From: Alphaproteobacteria bacterium
Lineage (GTDB): Bacteria > Pseudomonadota > Alphaproteobacteria > Bin95
Direction of reading: 5' to 3'
Assembly: GCA_965261985.1 (NCBI GenBank)
Contig: OZ253490.1
Location: 4,946,631-5,010,630 of the forward strand
DNA: 64,000 nt
Both the position numbers and the translations under genes were made by a program. The notes under the pieces were generated by a model, which saw only the letters and a list, made by a program, of their open reading frames with translations, had not been told where the DNA came from and made no database searches. Shown in pieces: positions 28,807-38,859 of the stretch. Position 1 is the stretch's first letter, and each line of letters opens with the position of its first letter.

Positions 28807-29882
28807 CCGTGGGCCGGCCGACCGGTCTCGTCGCTGCGGCGCTTGCCTTCGTCCTCGCCGCCTGCTCCGGAGTGGACCGGCCCGGCGTGCCGGCGACAAG
28901 CGCGGACATGGGGGAGGCGCGGCGGCTGCTGCAGAGCAACGCATTGCCGCAGCAAAGGGCGCTCGACGAGGCCGGGCAGCACGCCTCGCTCGCCAGGGTG
29001 GTGCGGCATATCCGACCGGCCGCCCATCGGGTCTGCCAACGCATGAAGGGCTCGAATTGCGGCGCGATCCTCTCCCGCAGCCCGGTCCGCTCGAGAGACC
29101 GCGATATCAACGCCCATGTCGATGGCAGCCATCGGGTGACGATGAATGCCGGCCTGCTGCGGGCCTCCGGGTCGGACGAGGAAATCGCCGCCGTGCTGGC
29201 GCATGAATACGGCCATGTCATCGCCGACCATGTGGACAAGCGCATGGCGGATGCGGGTGTCGGCGCGCTGGGCGGGCTTCTCGCCGGCGCGCTGATCGGA
29301 GCCGTTATCTGCGACCGCTCCGATGGCGACTGCATGGGGGACATGGTGCAGACGGGCGGATCGATGGGCCTCGGCGTCGGCGCGCTCGCCTATTCGCAGC
29401 AGCATGAACTGGAAGCGGACTATTACTCGGCACTCATTCTGGCGGAAGCGGGCGTGCCCCTGGAGGCAGGCGAAAAGATGCTGATGCGGCTCGCGCGCAC
29501 CAAGGCGGGCCGGGAGGGCGGCTTCGGGCGGCTCGGAGTGGCGATGGCCAGCACCCACCCGGCCAATGACGAGCGCATCGCCAGCTGGATCGCGAACCGC
29601 CGCGCGCTCCAATACGCCCTTGCCACCGGGCTTCGTTCCGATGCCGAACTGGCCTCGGAGGCAAGGCGCCGGGCGCTGGAGGCCGGCGCCGCCGAGACTC
29701 GCTGGGCGAATCCCCGCACCGGGCATAGCGGGGTCGTATCCGTGAAGAGGCGGTGGCGCGCCGCCGGCGGCGAGGCCTGCGTCCGATACGGCTGGAAGAG
29801 CTGGCAGGGCGCCGGGGACGGCGAGAAGGCAGGCGAGGAAACGGCGTGCAGACAGGCCGGCGGACCGTGGCAGGTCCGGTAG
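28803..29882 (+). CDS. M48-family zinc metallopeptidase lipoprotein
   Basis: MTVGRPTGLVAAALAFVLAACSG lipobox. HEYGH motif (…AAVLAHEYGHVIADH…). ATGA overlap with the upstream gene. Confidence 0.75.
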   Translation: MTVGRPTGLVAAALAFVLAACSGVDRPGVPATSADMGEARRLLQSNALPQQRALDEAGQHASLARVVRHIRPAAHRVCQRMKGSNCGAILSRSPVRSRDRDINAHVDGSHRVTMNAGLLRASGSDEEIAAVLAHEYGHVIADHVDKRMADAGVGALGGLLAGALIGAVICDRSDGDCMGDMVQTGGSMGLGVGALAYSQQHELEADYYSALILAEAGVPLEAGEKMLMRLARTKAGREGGFGRLGVAMASTHPANDERIASWIANRRALQYALATGLRSDAELASEARRRALEAGAAETRWANPRTGHSGVVSVKRRWRAAGGEACVRYGWKSWQGAGDGEKAGEETACRQAGGPWQVR

Positions 29883-32794
29883 CGGCAGAGCGCGGGTCCG
29901 GCAGCCGGGTCGGCGATTCTCGGCTGGCGGCGCGGCTCCGTGCGGCGGTCGAGGGCGAGGTGCTGTTCGACCCGTTCGAGCGCGGGCGCTATTCCACCGA
30001 CGCTTCCATCTACCAGATCGAGCCCATCGGGGTCGTGCGGCCGCGTTCGGTCGCGGATGTCGAGGCGGCCATGGCGATTGCGCGCGAGGAGGGCGTGCCG
30101 GTGCTGCCGCGCGGGGGCGGCACCTCGCAGGCGGGCCAGACCATCGGCGAGGCGCTGGTGCTCGACTGCTCCGCCCATCTGGACCGCATCCTCGCCGTCG
30201 ATGCCGGGAACCGGCGGGCGCGCGTCGAACCGGGGGTCGTGCTCGGCCGGCTGAATGCGCGGCTGCGCCGGGACGGCCTCATGTTCCCGGTCGATATCTC
30301 CACCGCAAGCCGGGCCACGCTCGGCGGCATGGCGGCGAACAACTCCTGCGGCTCCCGCTCGATCCGCTACGGCAACATGGTCCACAACACCCATGCCATC
30401 GAGGCGATCCTGGCCGACGGCAGCCGCCACCGCTTCGCGCGCGTGCCCGGCAATCTCGGCTCCGGGGGCGGTACGCCCGGCTATATCGACCTCGTGCGCA
30501 AGCTGCGCGCCATCGCCGAGCGCGAGCGCGACGCCATTGCGCGCGGCTTCCCGAAGGTGCTGCGCAAGGTCGGCGGCTACAATCTCGAAAGCGTGGATGC
30601 CGCCGGACACAACATGGCCCATCTGCTGGTCGGCTCGGAAGGTACGCTCGGCTTCTTCACCGCCGTTGAGGTCGATCTCCAGCCGGTCCCGCCGCACAAG
30701 GTGCTGGGTGTATGCCACTTCCCGCGCTTCCGCGACGCCATGGACGCCGTGCCGCGCCTGGTGGCGCTCGACCCCGATGCGGTCGAGCTGGTGGACCGGA
30801 CCATTATCGAGCTCGGCAGCGATATCCAGATGTTTCGCGAGACCGTCCGCGAGGTCGTGCAGGGGCGGCCGGACGCGCTGCTGCTGGTCGAGTTCGCCGG
30901 CGAGGACAGGCCCGCGCTGCTCGCCCGGCTCGAAGCGCTCGACGATACGATGAGCGATCTGGGGCACCCCGGCGCTGTCGTCCGGGCCGTCGATCCGGCG
31001 CTCCAGGCCCGCATCTGGGGCGTGCGCGAGGCGGGGCTCAACATCGTCATGTCGATGAAGACGGAGGGCAAGCCGGTCTCCTTCATCGAGGACTGCGCCG
31101 TGCCGCTGGAGGACCTTGGCAATTTCACCGACCGGCTGACGCGCGTGTTCGAGAAACACGGCACGAGGGGCACCTGGTACGCCCATGCCTCGGTCGGCCT
31201 CCTGCATGTGCGCCCGGTGCTGAACCTGAAGCAGCCCCGGGGCGCGGCCGCCATGCGCGCCATCGCCGAGGAAGCCTTCGCCATGGTGCGCAAATACAAG
31301 GGCAGCCATTCCGGCGAGCATGGCGACGGCATCGTCCGCTCGGAGTTCCACGAACGCATGTTCGGCCCGGCGCTTGTGTGCGCCTTCGAGGAGGTGAAGG
31401 ACGCCTTCGACCCGGCCTGCCTGTTCAACCCCGGCAAGATCGTCCGCGCGCCCCGGATGGACGACCGCTCGCTCTTCCGCTTCAAGCCGGGCTATGCGGC
31501 GGCCCCGCTCGCCCCGGCGCTCGACTGGTCGGACTGGCCCGGCGGCTTCCTCGGCGCGGCCGAGATGTGCAACAACAACGGCGCCTGCCGGAAGGCCGAC
31601 CCCGGCGTCATGTGCCCCTCCTTCCGGGCGACCGGGCGCGAGCGCGACCTGACGCGCGGACGCGCCAACACGCTGCGCCTTGCGCTTTCCGGCCAGCTCG
31701 GACCGGACGCGCTCGTCTCGGACGACATGGCCCGGACGATGGAGCTCTGCGTCGGCTGCAAGGGCTGCCGGCGCGAATGCCCGACCGGCGTGGATATGGC
31801 GCGGATGAAGGTCGAGTTCCTGCACCAGTACAAGGCCCGGCGGGGGCTCACGCTCCGGGACCGGCTGGTTTCGTCCCTGCCGCATTATGCGGCCCGACTG
31901 GCTCCTTTCGCGCCGCTGCTCAACGCCGCCGAGCGGGCCGCGCCGCTCAGGGCGATGCGCGAGCGCGCCACCGGTTTTTCCCGGCATCGCCGGCTGCCGT
32001 CCTGGCGGCGCGACCGTTTCCGGCCGGCCGAAACCGGGGGGCCTGCGGGCGGGGACCGGGAGGCCGTGCTGTTTGCCGACTGCTTCAACACCGCCTTCGA
32101 GCCGGAGAACGCGCGCGCGGCCGTGCGGGTGCTGGAGGCCGCCGGTTTCCATGTTCGCCACCCGCGCGGGCCGGATGGCAACCGGCCGCCCTGCTGCGGG
32201 CGGAGCTGGCTGGCGGCAGGCCGCATCGACCGGGCGCGGGCGGAGATGCGCCGCACGGTCGCCATGCTGCTGCCCCATGCCGAAGCCGGTATGCCGATCG
32301 TCGGCCTGGAGCCGTCCTGCCTGTTCACCTTCCGCGACGAGCTGCAGGCGGTGCTGCCGGGTCCGGAGAGCGCCCGCGTCGCGGAGAGCGCGGTCATGCT
32401 GGAGAGCCTCGTTTCCGAGGGCGAGGCGGCGGGCCGGCTGGCCTCCCGGCTCAGACGGCTGCCGGAAGTCCGCGCCCTGGTCCACGCCCATTGCCACCGC
32501 AAGAGCTTCGACGGCCCGGCGGCGCTGCTGGCCGCGCTCGCGCTGGTGCCGGGGCTCGAGCCCGAACCGGTCGAGAGCTCCTGCTGCGGCATGGCGGGCA
32601 GCTTCGGCTACGAGGCCGAGCATTACGAAATCTCGATGACGATGGCCGAAGCCTCGCTGCTGCCTGCCGTGCGCGCCGCCGGCGAAGGCGCGCTCATCGT
32701 TGCGGATGGCACCAGTTGCCGCCACCAGATTGCCGACGGCGCCGGCAGGGCGGCGCAACATCCCGCACGCATTCTCGAAAGGGCGCTTGCATGA
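29753..32794 (+). CDS. FAD-binding oxidoreductase with C-terminal 4Fe-4S and CCG domains (GlcD/Dld-like long form). The real start may be a GTG near 29867 rather than the ATG at 29753.
   Basis: …RYSTDASIYQIEPIGVVRPRSVADVEAAMAIAREEGVPVLPRGGGTSQAGQ… FAD_binding_4. …CVGCKGCRRECPTGVD… Fe-S. C-terminal cysteine-rich repeats. Confidence 0.85.
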   Translation: MARRRRRGLRPIRLEELAGRRGRREGRRGNGVQTGRRTVAGPVAAERGSGSRVGDSRLAARLRAAVEGEVLFDPFERGRYSTDASIYQIEPIGVVRPRSVADVEAAMAIAREEGVPVLPRGGGTSQAGQTIGEALVLDCSAHLDRILAVDAGNRRARVEPGVVLGRLNARLRRDGLMFPVDISTASRATLGGMAANNSCGSRSIRYGNMVHNTHAIEAILADGSRHRFARVPGNLGSGGGTPGYIDLVRKLRAIAERERDAIARGFPKVLRKVGGYNLESVDAAGHNMAHLLVGSEGTLGFFTAVEVDLQPVPPHKVLGVCHFPRFRDAMDAVPRLVALDPDAVELVDRTIIELGSDIQMFRETVREVVQGRPDALLLVEFAGEDRPALLARLEALDDTMSDLGHPGAVVRAVDPALQARIWGVREAGLNIVMSMKTEGKPVSFIEDCAVPLEDLGNFTDRLTRVFEKHGTRGTWYAHASVGLLHVRPVLNLKQPRGAAAMRAIAEEAFAMVRKYKGSHSGEHGDGIVRSEFHERMFGPALVCAFEEVKDAFDPACLFNPGKIVRAPRMDDRSLFRFKPGYAAAPLAPALDWSDWPGGFLGAAEMCNNNGACRKADPGVMCPSFRATGRERDLTRGRANTLRLALSGQLGPDALVSDDMARTMELCVGCKGCRRECPTGVDMARMKVEFLHQYKARRGLTLRDRLVSSLPHYAARLAPFAPLLNAAERAAPLRAMRERATGFSRHRRLPSWRRDRFRPAETGGPAGGDREAVLFADCFNTAFEPENARAAVRVLEAAGFHVRHPRGPDGNRPPCCGRSWLAAGRIDRARAEMRRTVAMLLPHAEAGMPIVGLEPSCLFTFRDELQAVLPGPESARVAESAVMLESLVSEGEAAGRLASRLRRLPEVRALVHAHCHRKSFDGPAALLAALALVPGLEPEPVESSCCGMAGSFGYEAEHYEISMTMAEASLLPAVRAAGEGALIVADGTSCRHQIADGAGRAAQHPARILERALA

Positions 32795-33435
32795 CCGACA
32801 TCCATGTCTGGGGCATCGTCTCCACCCGCGCACTCCGGGTCCACTGGACCCTGCAGGAACTCGGCCTGACATACGGGACGACGCCGATCCGCACGCGCAC
32901 GCCGGAGCAGACGGCGCCCGCCTACCGCGCCGTCAACCTGCTGCACAAGATCCCGACCTTGGAGATCGACAGCGTGCGCTACACCGAATCGGGCGCCATT
33001 GCGCTCGAACTGGCGACGCGCTTCCGGGACCGGGTCGATCTCTGGCCTGAGGCGGAACGCGCCCGCGTGCTCGAATGGTGCTTCTATGTGGCGATGGAGC
33101 TCGACGCGACCTCGCTCTACGTCATCCGCCGCCACGGGGACCTTTCGGAAATCTACGGCGAGGCGCCGGTCGCGGTGTCGCGCGCGCGCGAATACTGGCT
33201 GAAACAGGCGGCGAAGGCCGAGGCGGCGCTCGCCGACGGGCGTCCCTGGCTCCTGGGCAAGACCTTTTCGGTCGCCGACATCATGCTGGGCTCCTGTCTC
33301 GGCTGGGCCGGCCGCCGCGGCGTCGCCGTGCCGCAACTCCTCCAGGACTACGACGCCCGCCTCCGGACCCGCCCCGGCCGCCAGCGCGCCGAAGAAGCGA
33401 ACGAAGGCCGGCTGGATACGGCGGTCGGAGGATAG
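32791..33435 (+). CDS. Glutathione S-transferase family protein
   Basis: MTDIHVWGIVSTRALRVHWTLQELGLTYGTTPI…LLHKIPTLEIDSVRYTESGAI…. ATGA overlap with the upstream stop. Confidence 0.75.
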   Translation: MTDIHVWGIVSTRALRVHWTLQELGLTYGTTPIRTRTPEQTAPAYRAVNLLHKIPTLEIDSVRYTESGAIALELATRFRDRVDLWPEAERARVLEWCFYVAMELDATSLYVIRRHGDLSEIYGEAPVAVSRAREYWLKQAAKAEAALADGRPWLLGKTFSVADIMLGSCLGWAGRRGVAVPQLLQDYDARLRTRPGRQRAEEANEGRLDTAVGG

Positions 33436-33526
33436 AGCTGTTGCAGCGGGCGCCGAATCGCGGTTCAATGTTTCTATATTTGTTCACCACACTGTCGGAC
33501 ACCGGGCAAGGGAGCAGCCGGGCGTA

Positions 33527-34891
33527 ATGGCAGACCGGGAGGATATGCTGTTGCCTCTTGACGACTCGAAGAGCGAAGCGAAAGCGACCAAAGACGCCCG
33601 GTCGGATTTTCGCGACCTGGCCTTTTCTTCAAACCGCGGTGAGCCCGTTCATAGGTGGGTCCCGTGGATCGCGGGCTATTCCCGGCAATTCGTGGAACGC
33701 GCCATCGACCTGCACATGAGCGGTCCCGGTGCGGTGCTCGACCCCTTTGCCGGAGTAGGGACGACGCTTGTGGAGGCAGACCGGAGGGGGTACGAATCGG
33801 TCGGCTTCGAGATCAATCCTTATGCGGCGTTCGCCGCCCGCACGAAACTTGCTGCCCATCTCGTCGATACCGGACTCCTGCGCGATACCATCGGCGCATT
33901 TGCACATTTTGCCCACGATGCCGAACGGCATAGCAGGGAGCCTCGGGCAACGCCTCCCGCTGGCTTCAACACAAGAACAGCATTCTATAGTCCCAGTGTT
34001 CAATGGAAAGTATTGACGACACAAGACTTTATTGTGGACATCTCCGACCATTTGATCGCCGACTTCTTTCGTCTTGCTTTTGCATCGACAATGGTTACCT
34101 ATTCGAATTATTCATATGAACCAAGTCTCGGACGGAAGGCAACGGCCGGCCGGCCCGATGTTGACGATTATCCAGTGTTCGCAGAACTGACTGCAAAGCT
34201 GACGGTCATGGCTGCCGATGCAGACTTGTGGAGAGAAGGTCGAGACAATCGGCAACAGCATCGCAGTAAAATTCATGGTGTTTCGTTTTTCGAATTCTAC
34301 AAGAAAATTTCTCAAGAAAGTGTCGATTTGTTAATTACCTCGCCTCCATATTTGAACAACTATCACTATAACCGCAACACAAGGCCTCATCTTTATTGGC
34401 TAGGATTTTGCGACTCTCCTAAGGATTTCAAACAATTGGAACAGAAAAATTTCGGCACTTACTGGCAAACGGCAAGGGACATGAGCCCGATACCCATTAA
34501 CTCCGCAATTGCGAATGACGAAATCAACTCTCTGCTGTCCAATTTGCGTGCCGTGAATCCCGAAAAAGGAATATATGGGGGACAAGGTTGGGCGAACTAT
34601 GCCGCGCTGTATTTCAATGACTGTCTGCGCTTTGCCGAGGGCATGAAATGGTGCCTTCGCCCGGGCGCTACCGCCCTGATCGTTATCGGTAACAGTATCC
34701 TGCAAGGCATACCTGTGGCTACCGACCGTTTCCTCGCCGAAATCGCCGAGAGCGCCGGCATGGAAGCTATCGAGATACATACGCCACGCGATGCCCGTGT
34801 CGGCAACAGCATCGTCAATTCGAGCGTCCGGGTAGGCAAGGCCAATGGCGGCCGCTTGTACGAATCGGTGGTCGAACTGCGCCGGCCATGA
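33527..34891 (+). CDS. DNA methyltransferase, N4-cytosine or N6-adenine type (alpha-class motif order: FxGxG … SPPY)
   Basis: …VLDPFAGVGTTLVEADRRGYESVGFEINPY… (motif I) and …DLLITSPPYLNNYHYNRN… (motif IV). 454 aa. The central part is AT-richer. Confidence 0.85.
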   Translation: MADREDMLLPLDDSKSEAKATKDARSDFRDLAFSSNRGEPVHRWVPWIAGYSRQFVERAIDLHMSGPGAVLDPFAGVGTTLVEADRRGYESVGFEINPYAAFAARTKLAAHLVDTGLLRDTIGAFAHFAHDAERHSREPRATPPAGFNTRTAFYSPSVQWKVLTTQDFIVDISDHLIADFFRLAFASTMVTYSNYSYEPSLGRKATAGRPDVDDYPVFAELTAKLTVMAADADLWREGRDNRQQHRSKIHGVSFFEFYKKISQESVDLLITSPPYLNNYHYNRNTRPHLYWLGFCDSPKDFKQLEQKNFGTYWQTARDMSPIPINSAIANDEINSLLSNLRAVNPEKGIYGGQGWANYAALYFNDCLRFAEGMKWCLRPGATALIVIGNSILQGIPVATDRFLAEIAESAGMEAIEIHTPRDARVGNSIVNSSVRVGKANGGRLYESVVELRRP

Positions 34892-35469
34892 CTGTAAAGC
34901 TGTACGATCCGCTGACCTACGAGAACCTCATGGCCGGACTCACGCTACATTTCGGCGGGCAGGCCAAGGTCCCTTTGGACGGTGCCGAAGAGGCTCCGGG
35001 TCCTGGAATATATGCCCTGTTCTACACGGGACAGTTCGACGCCTATCGCCCGATTTCGGGGACCGATGCCCCGATCTATGTCGGCAAGGCCGTTCCGCCC
35101 GGGTCTCGGCGAGGAGACGATGTCGATATCGAAAAGCCTGTCCTGCGGCAAAGGCTACGGGAGCACGCACGATCTATTGCCGCTGCGGACAATCTCGACC
35201 TCTCGCACTTCACCTGCCGGCACCTCTCGGTAGTTCCTGTCTGGATTACCCTGGCCGAACGCTTTCTCGTCAACCGCCATCGGCCGCTTTGGAATGTTTG
35301 CCTCGACGGCTTCGGAGACCACGATCCCGGTCGGGGTAGAAGCGGGAGCGAACGGAGTTGGTGGGATACACTCCATCCCGGACGGCCCTGGACCGAAAAG
35401 CTTCAGAAGAACAAGTCCGAGGCGGCAGCGTTGACGATGGTGCGCACTTTCCTCGATGGAGGAAGCTGA
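34888..35469 (+). CDS. GIY-YIG restriction endonuclease, Eco29kI/NgoMIII-like
   Basis: …GPGIYALFYTGQFDAYRPISGTDAPIYVGKAVPPGSRRGDD… GIY-…-YVG motif. 193 aa. ATGA-coupled to the MTase. Confidence 0.7.
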   Translation: MTVKLYDPLTYENLMAGLTLHFGGQAKVPLDGAEEAPGPGIYALFYTGQFDAYRPISGTDAPIYVGKAVPPGSRRGDDVDIEKPVLRQRLREHARSIAAADNLDLSHFTCRHLSVVPVWITLAERFLVNRHRPLWNVCLDGFGDHDPGRGRSGSERSWWDTLHPGRPWTEKLQKNKSEAAALTMVRTFLDGGS

Positions 35470-35566
35470 TGCGCTCCGGTCCGTTCCAATTTGCCAGCCG
35501 GCGACAATAGCGCACGGTCTCGGCGCCATATTCCACGCTGGCGATAATATGGGCCAGCCGCCGTCC

Positions 35567-36703
35567 TCAGTCCGTCAGGTCGTCCCAGAGTTCCCTGACG
35601 CGGGAGAAGAAGCCTTCGGTTTCGGGCGTGCGGTTCTGGCCCCCGCCTTCCTTCTCGAACTCGCGCAGCAGCTCCGCCTGGCGGCGTGTGAGGTTGACCG
35701 GGGTCTCGACCCGCACCGTCACCAGCATGTCGCCGCGCTGGCGGGTATTGAGCACCGTCATGCCCTTGCCGCGCAGCCGGAAGCGGTTGCCGGACTGGGT
35801 GCCCGGCGGCAGGTCGATACGTGCGCGCCTGCCCTCGACGGTCGGGACCTCCGCCGTCCCGCCCAGCGCCGCCGCCGTCATCGACACCGGGACCTCGCAA
35901 TGGATATGCGGGCCGTCCCGGTCGAACATCGGATGGTCCTCGACATCGAGGAATATATAGAGGTCGCCCGGGGGACCGCCGCGCTCGCCGGCATCGCCCT
36001 CGCCGGCGAGGCGGATGCGGTTGCCGGCCTCGACACCTGCCGGAATGGCGACGGTGAGCGTGCGCGTCCGCTGCACCCGGCCCCGGCCCGAACAGGTCCG
36101 GCAGGGGTCGCGCACCGTCTCTCCCGACCCCTGGCAGGCCGCGCAGGCGCGCTCCACGGTGAAGAAGCCCTGACTCGCCCTTATCCGCCCGGCGCCGTTG
36201 CAGGTCGAACAGGTGACCGGCGGCGCACCGCCGGCTGAGCCGGTGCCGGAACAGGATTCGCAGGCCGCCGTGCCCGGCACCTCGAACGTCGCCTGCTTGC
36301 CCTGGAAGGCCTCCTCCAGCGTGATGCGCATGTTGTAGCGCATATCCGCGCCCTGGCGCCGGCCGCCGCGTCCGCGCCGCCGTCCGGCGAGGTCGCCGAA
36401 CATCTCGTCGAAAATGTCGCCGAAGCTGGAGCCGAAATCGAACCCGGCGTTCGCTCCTCCGGCGCCCTGGGCGCGCTGCGCGAAGGCGTCGTGGCCGAGC
36501 CGGTCATAGACCTGGCGCTGCTCCGGGTCCTTCAGGACGTCGTAGGCTTCGTTGATCTCCTTGAAGCGCGCCTCGGCGCTGCTGTCGCCCGGATTGCGGT
36601 CCGGGTGGTATTCCTTGGCCAGCCTGCGATAGGCGCGTTTCAGGTCGTCCGCACCGGCCGTCCGGGGCGCGCCGAGGACTTCGTAGAAGTCGCGTCCGGC
36701 CAT
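35567..36703 (-). CDS. dnaJ: Molecular chaperone DnaJ
   Basis: MAGRDFYEVLGAPRTAGADDLKRAYRRLAKEYHPDRN… J domain, G/F region, and four CxxCxGxG zinc-finger repeats. Confidence 0.97.
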   Translation of the reverse strand: MAGRDFYEVLGAPRTAGADDLKRAYRRLAKEYHPDRNPGDSSAEARFKEINEAYDVLKDPEQRQVYDRLGHDAFAQRAQGAGGANAGFDFGSSFGDIFDEMFGDLAGRRRGRGGRRQGADMRYNMRITLEEAFQGKQATFEVPGTAACESCSGTGSAGGAPPVTCSTCNGAGRIRASQGFFTVERACAACQGSGETVRDPCRTCSGRGRVQRTRTLTVAIPAGVEAGNRIRLAGEGDAGERGGPPGDLYIFLDVEDHPMFDRDGPHIHCEVPVSMTAAALGGTAEVPTVEGRRARIDLPPGTQSGNRFRLRGKGMTVLNTRQRGDMLVTVRVETPVNLTRRQAELLREFEKEGGGQNRTPETEGFFSRVRELWDDLTD

Positions 36704-36724
36704 CGGAGCCGCCGCCCCGCCGGA

Positions 36725-38650
36725 TCAGGCGGAGCGCTTCCGGGCGTCGTCGTTGTCGTCCACTTCCTCGAAATCGGCATCGACCACCCCGTCGTCGCTG
36801 CCGCCGGCGTCCGCATCCGGACCGTCGCCCGCCTCCGCCTCTTCCTGCTGCGCGGCATACATGGCCTCGCCGAGCTTCATGGCGGCGGCGGCGAGGGCGG
36901 CGGTCTTCTCCTGGATCGCGGCTGCGTCCTCGCCGTCCTTCACGTCCTTGACTGCCTGGACCGCCTCTTCGATCCCGGCCTTGTCGTCGGCGCCGATCTT
37001 GTCACCGTGCTCGGCAAGCTGGCGCTCCGTGGTATGGACCAGGCTTTCGGCCTGGTTGCGCGCCTCGGCGAGTTCGCGGCGCTGACGGTCCTCCTCGGCA
37101 TTCGCCTCGGCTTCCTTCACCATCCGGTCGATCTCGGTGTCGGAGAGGCCGCCGGAGGCCTCGATGCGGATCGCCTGCTCCTTGCGGGTCGCCTTGTCCT
37201 TGGCGGATACATTGACGATGCCGTTGGCGTCGATATCGAAGGTGACCTCGATCTGCGGCACGCCGCGCTGGGCGGGCGGGATGCCGACCAGGTCGAACTG
37301 GCCGAGCAGCTTGTTGTCCGCCGCCATCTCGCGCTCGCCCTGGGAGACGCGGATGGTCACCGCGTTCTGGTGGTCCTCGGCGGTCGAGAAGGTCTGGCTC
37401 TTCTTGGTCGGAATCGTGGTGTTGCGGTCGATCAGACGGGTGAACACGCCGCCCAGCGTCTCGATGCCGAGCGACAGCGGCGTCACGTCGAGCAACAGCA
37501 CATCCTTGACGTCGCCCTTCAGGACGCCAGCCTGAATGGCCGCGCCGAGCGCCACCACCTCGTCCGGGTTGACGCCGCGATGCGGCTCCCGCCCGAAGAA
37601 GGTCTTCACCGTCTCGATCACCTTCGGCATCCGCGTCATGCCGCCGACCAGCACGACCTCGCCGATGTCGGAGGCGCGCAGACCGGCATCCTTCAGCGCC
37701 TGCTGGCAGGGCCCGACGGTGCGCTGGACCAGGTCCTCGACCAGCGCCTCCAGCTTGGCCCGGGAGAGCTTGATGTTGAGGTGTTTCGGCCCCGACCGGT
37801 CCGCCGTGATGAACGGCAAGTTGATCTCCGTCTGGGCGGTCGAACTCAGCTCGATCTTGGCCTTCTCGGCCGCTTCCTTGAGGCGCTGCAACGCCAGCTT
37901 GTCGCCGCGCAGGTCGATTCCCTGCTCCTTGCGGAACTCTTCGGCCAGATATTCGATGATGCGGTTGTCGAAGTCCTCGCCGCCCAGATGGGTGTCGCCA
38001 TTGGTGGATTTGACCTCGAAGACGCCGTCGCCGATCTCCAGCACGGAGACATCGAACGTGCCGCCGCCGAGGTCATAAACGGCAATAACGCCGCTTTGCT
38101 TCTTGTCGAGGCCGTAAGCGAGGGCGGCCGCGGTCGGCTCGTTGACGATGCGCAGCACATTGAGGCCGGAGATGCGCCCGGCATCCTTGGTCGCCTGGCG
38201 CTGGGAATCGTTGAAATAGGCCGGCACGGTGATGACCGCGTCGGTCACCGTCTCGCCGAGAAACGCCTCTGCCGTCTCCTTCATCTTCTGGAGGATGAAG
38301 GCGCTGATCTGGCTCGGCGCATAATTCTCGTCGCCGGCCTTCACCCATGCGTCGCCATTGTCCGCCTTGACGAGCGCGAAAGGCAAAACCTCCTTCTCGC
38401 TCTGGATCACCGGGTCCCCATAGGTGCGGCCGATCAGGCGCTTGATGCCGAACAGCGTGTTGGTCGGGTTGGTCACCGCCTGGCGTTTGGCCGGCTGTCC
38501 GACCAGACGCTCGGCGTCGCCGGTTACCGCCACCATCGAGGGTGTGGTGCGCGCGCCCTCGGCGTTCTCGATCACCCTCGGTTCGCTGCCATCCATCACG
38601 GCGACACAGGAATTGGTCGTGCCGAGATCTATTCCGATAACCTTGCTCAT
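36725..38650 (-). CDS. dnaK: Molecular chaperone DnaK (Hsp70)
   Basis: [21 protein letters not shown]…[15 protein letters not shown]…; 641 aa. The upstream in-frame extension to 38767 is rejected. Confidence 0.97.
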   Translation of the reverse strand: MSKVIGIDLGTTNSCVAVMDGSEPRVIENAEGARTTPSMVAVTGDAERLVGQPAKRQAVTNPTNTLFGIKRLIGRTYGDPVIQSEKEVLPFALVKADNGDAWVKAGDENYAPSQISAFILQKMKETAEAFLGETVTDAVITVPAYFNDSQRQATKDAGRISGLNVLRIVNEPTAAALAYGLDKKQSGVIAVYDLGGGTFDVSVLEIGDGVFEVKSTNGDTHLGGEDFDNRIIEYLAEEFRKEQGIDLRGDKLALQRLKEAAEKAKIELSSTAQTEINLPFITADRSGPKHLNIKLSRAKLEALVEDLVQRTVGPCQQALKDAGLRASDIGEVVLVGGMTRMPKVIETVKTFFGREPHRGVNPDEVVALGAAIQAGVLKGDVKDVLLLDVTPLSLGIETLGGVFTRLIDRNTTIPTKKSQTFSTAEDHQNAVTIRVSQGEREMAADNKLLGQFDLVGIPPAQRGVPQIEVTFDIDANGIVNVSAKDKATRKEQAIRIEASGGLSDTEIDRMVKEAEANAEEDRQRRELAEARNQAESLVHTTERQLAEHGDKIGADDKAGIEEAVQAVKDVKDGEDAAAIQEKTAALAAAAMKLGEAMYAAQQEEAEAGDGPDADAGGSDDGVVDADFEEVDDNDDARKRSA

Positions 38651-38758
38651 GCGGTTCATCCCTACCCGATGCGGCAAGCCCGGACTGCCCGCTGCGGCAG
38701 CGCCTGTCCCGGCTCCCTTCCATGACACTGAAAAAATCGGGCGCGCAATCGGGCGCGC

Positions 38759-38800
38759 GCGCGACATTCCTTAGCGCGGGTATATATGAACGCCCTACTT
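38759..38800 (-). promoter_or_regulatory. Putative RpoH (sigma-32)-type heat-shock promoter of dnaK
   Basis: On the minus strand: CTTGTA-N16-TCATATAT, against the alphaproteobacterial consensus CTTGAA-N16-17-CCCATNT, about 100 nt upstream of the dnaK start. Confidence 0.35.
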
Positions 38801-38859
38801 GCCCTACAAGACCCGGCGACCTTGTGCGAGGTGCGGCAAAAACTGCCAATTCGGGCAAA

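Noticed and set aside
29423-32872. 1149-aa minus-strand ORF antisense to the FAD/Fe-S oxidoreductase, and the 744-aa ORF 36491-38725 antisense to dnaK
   Set aside because: Antisense GC artefacts with extreme Arg/Ala/Gly/Pro composition. The sense-strand genes have clear family signatures.
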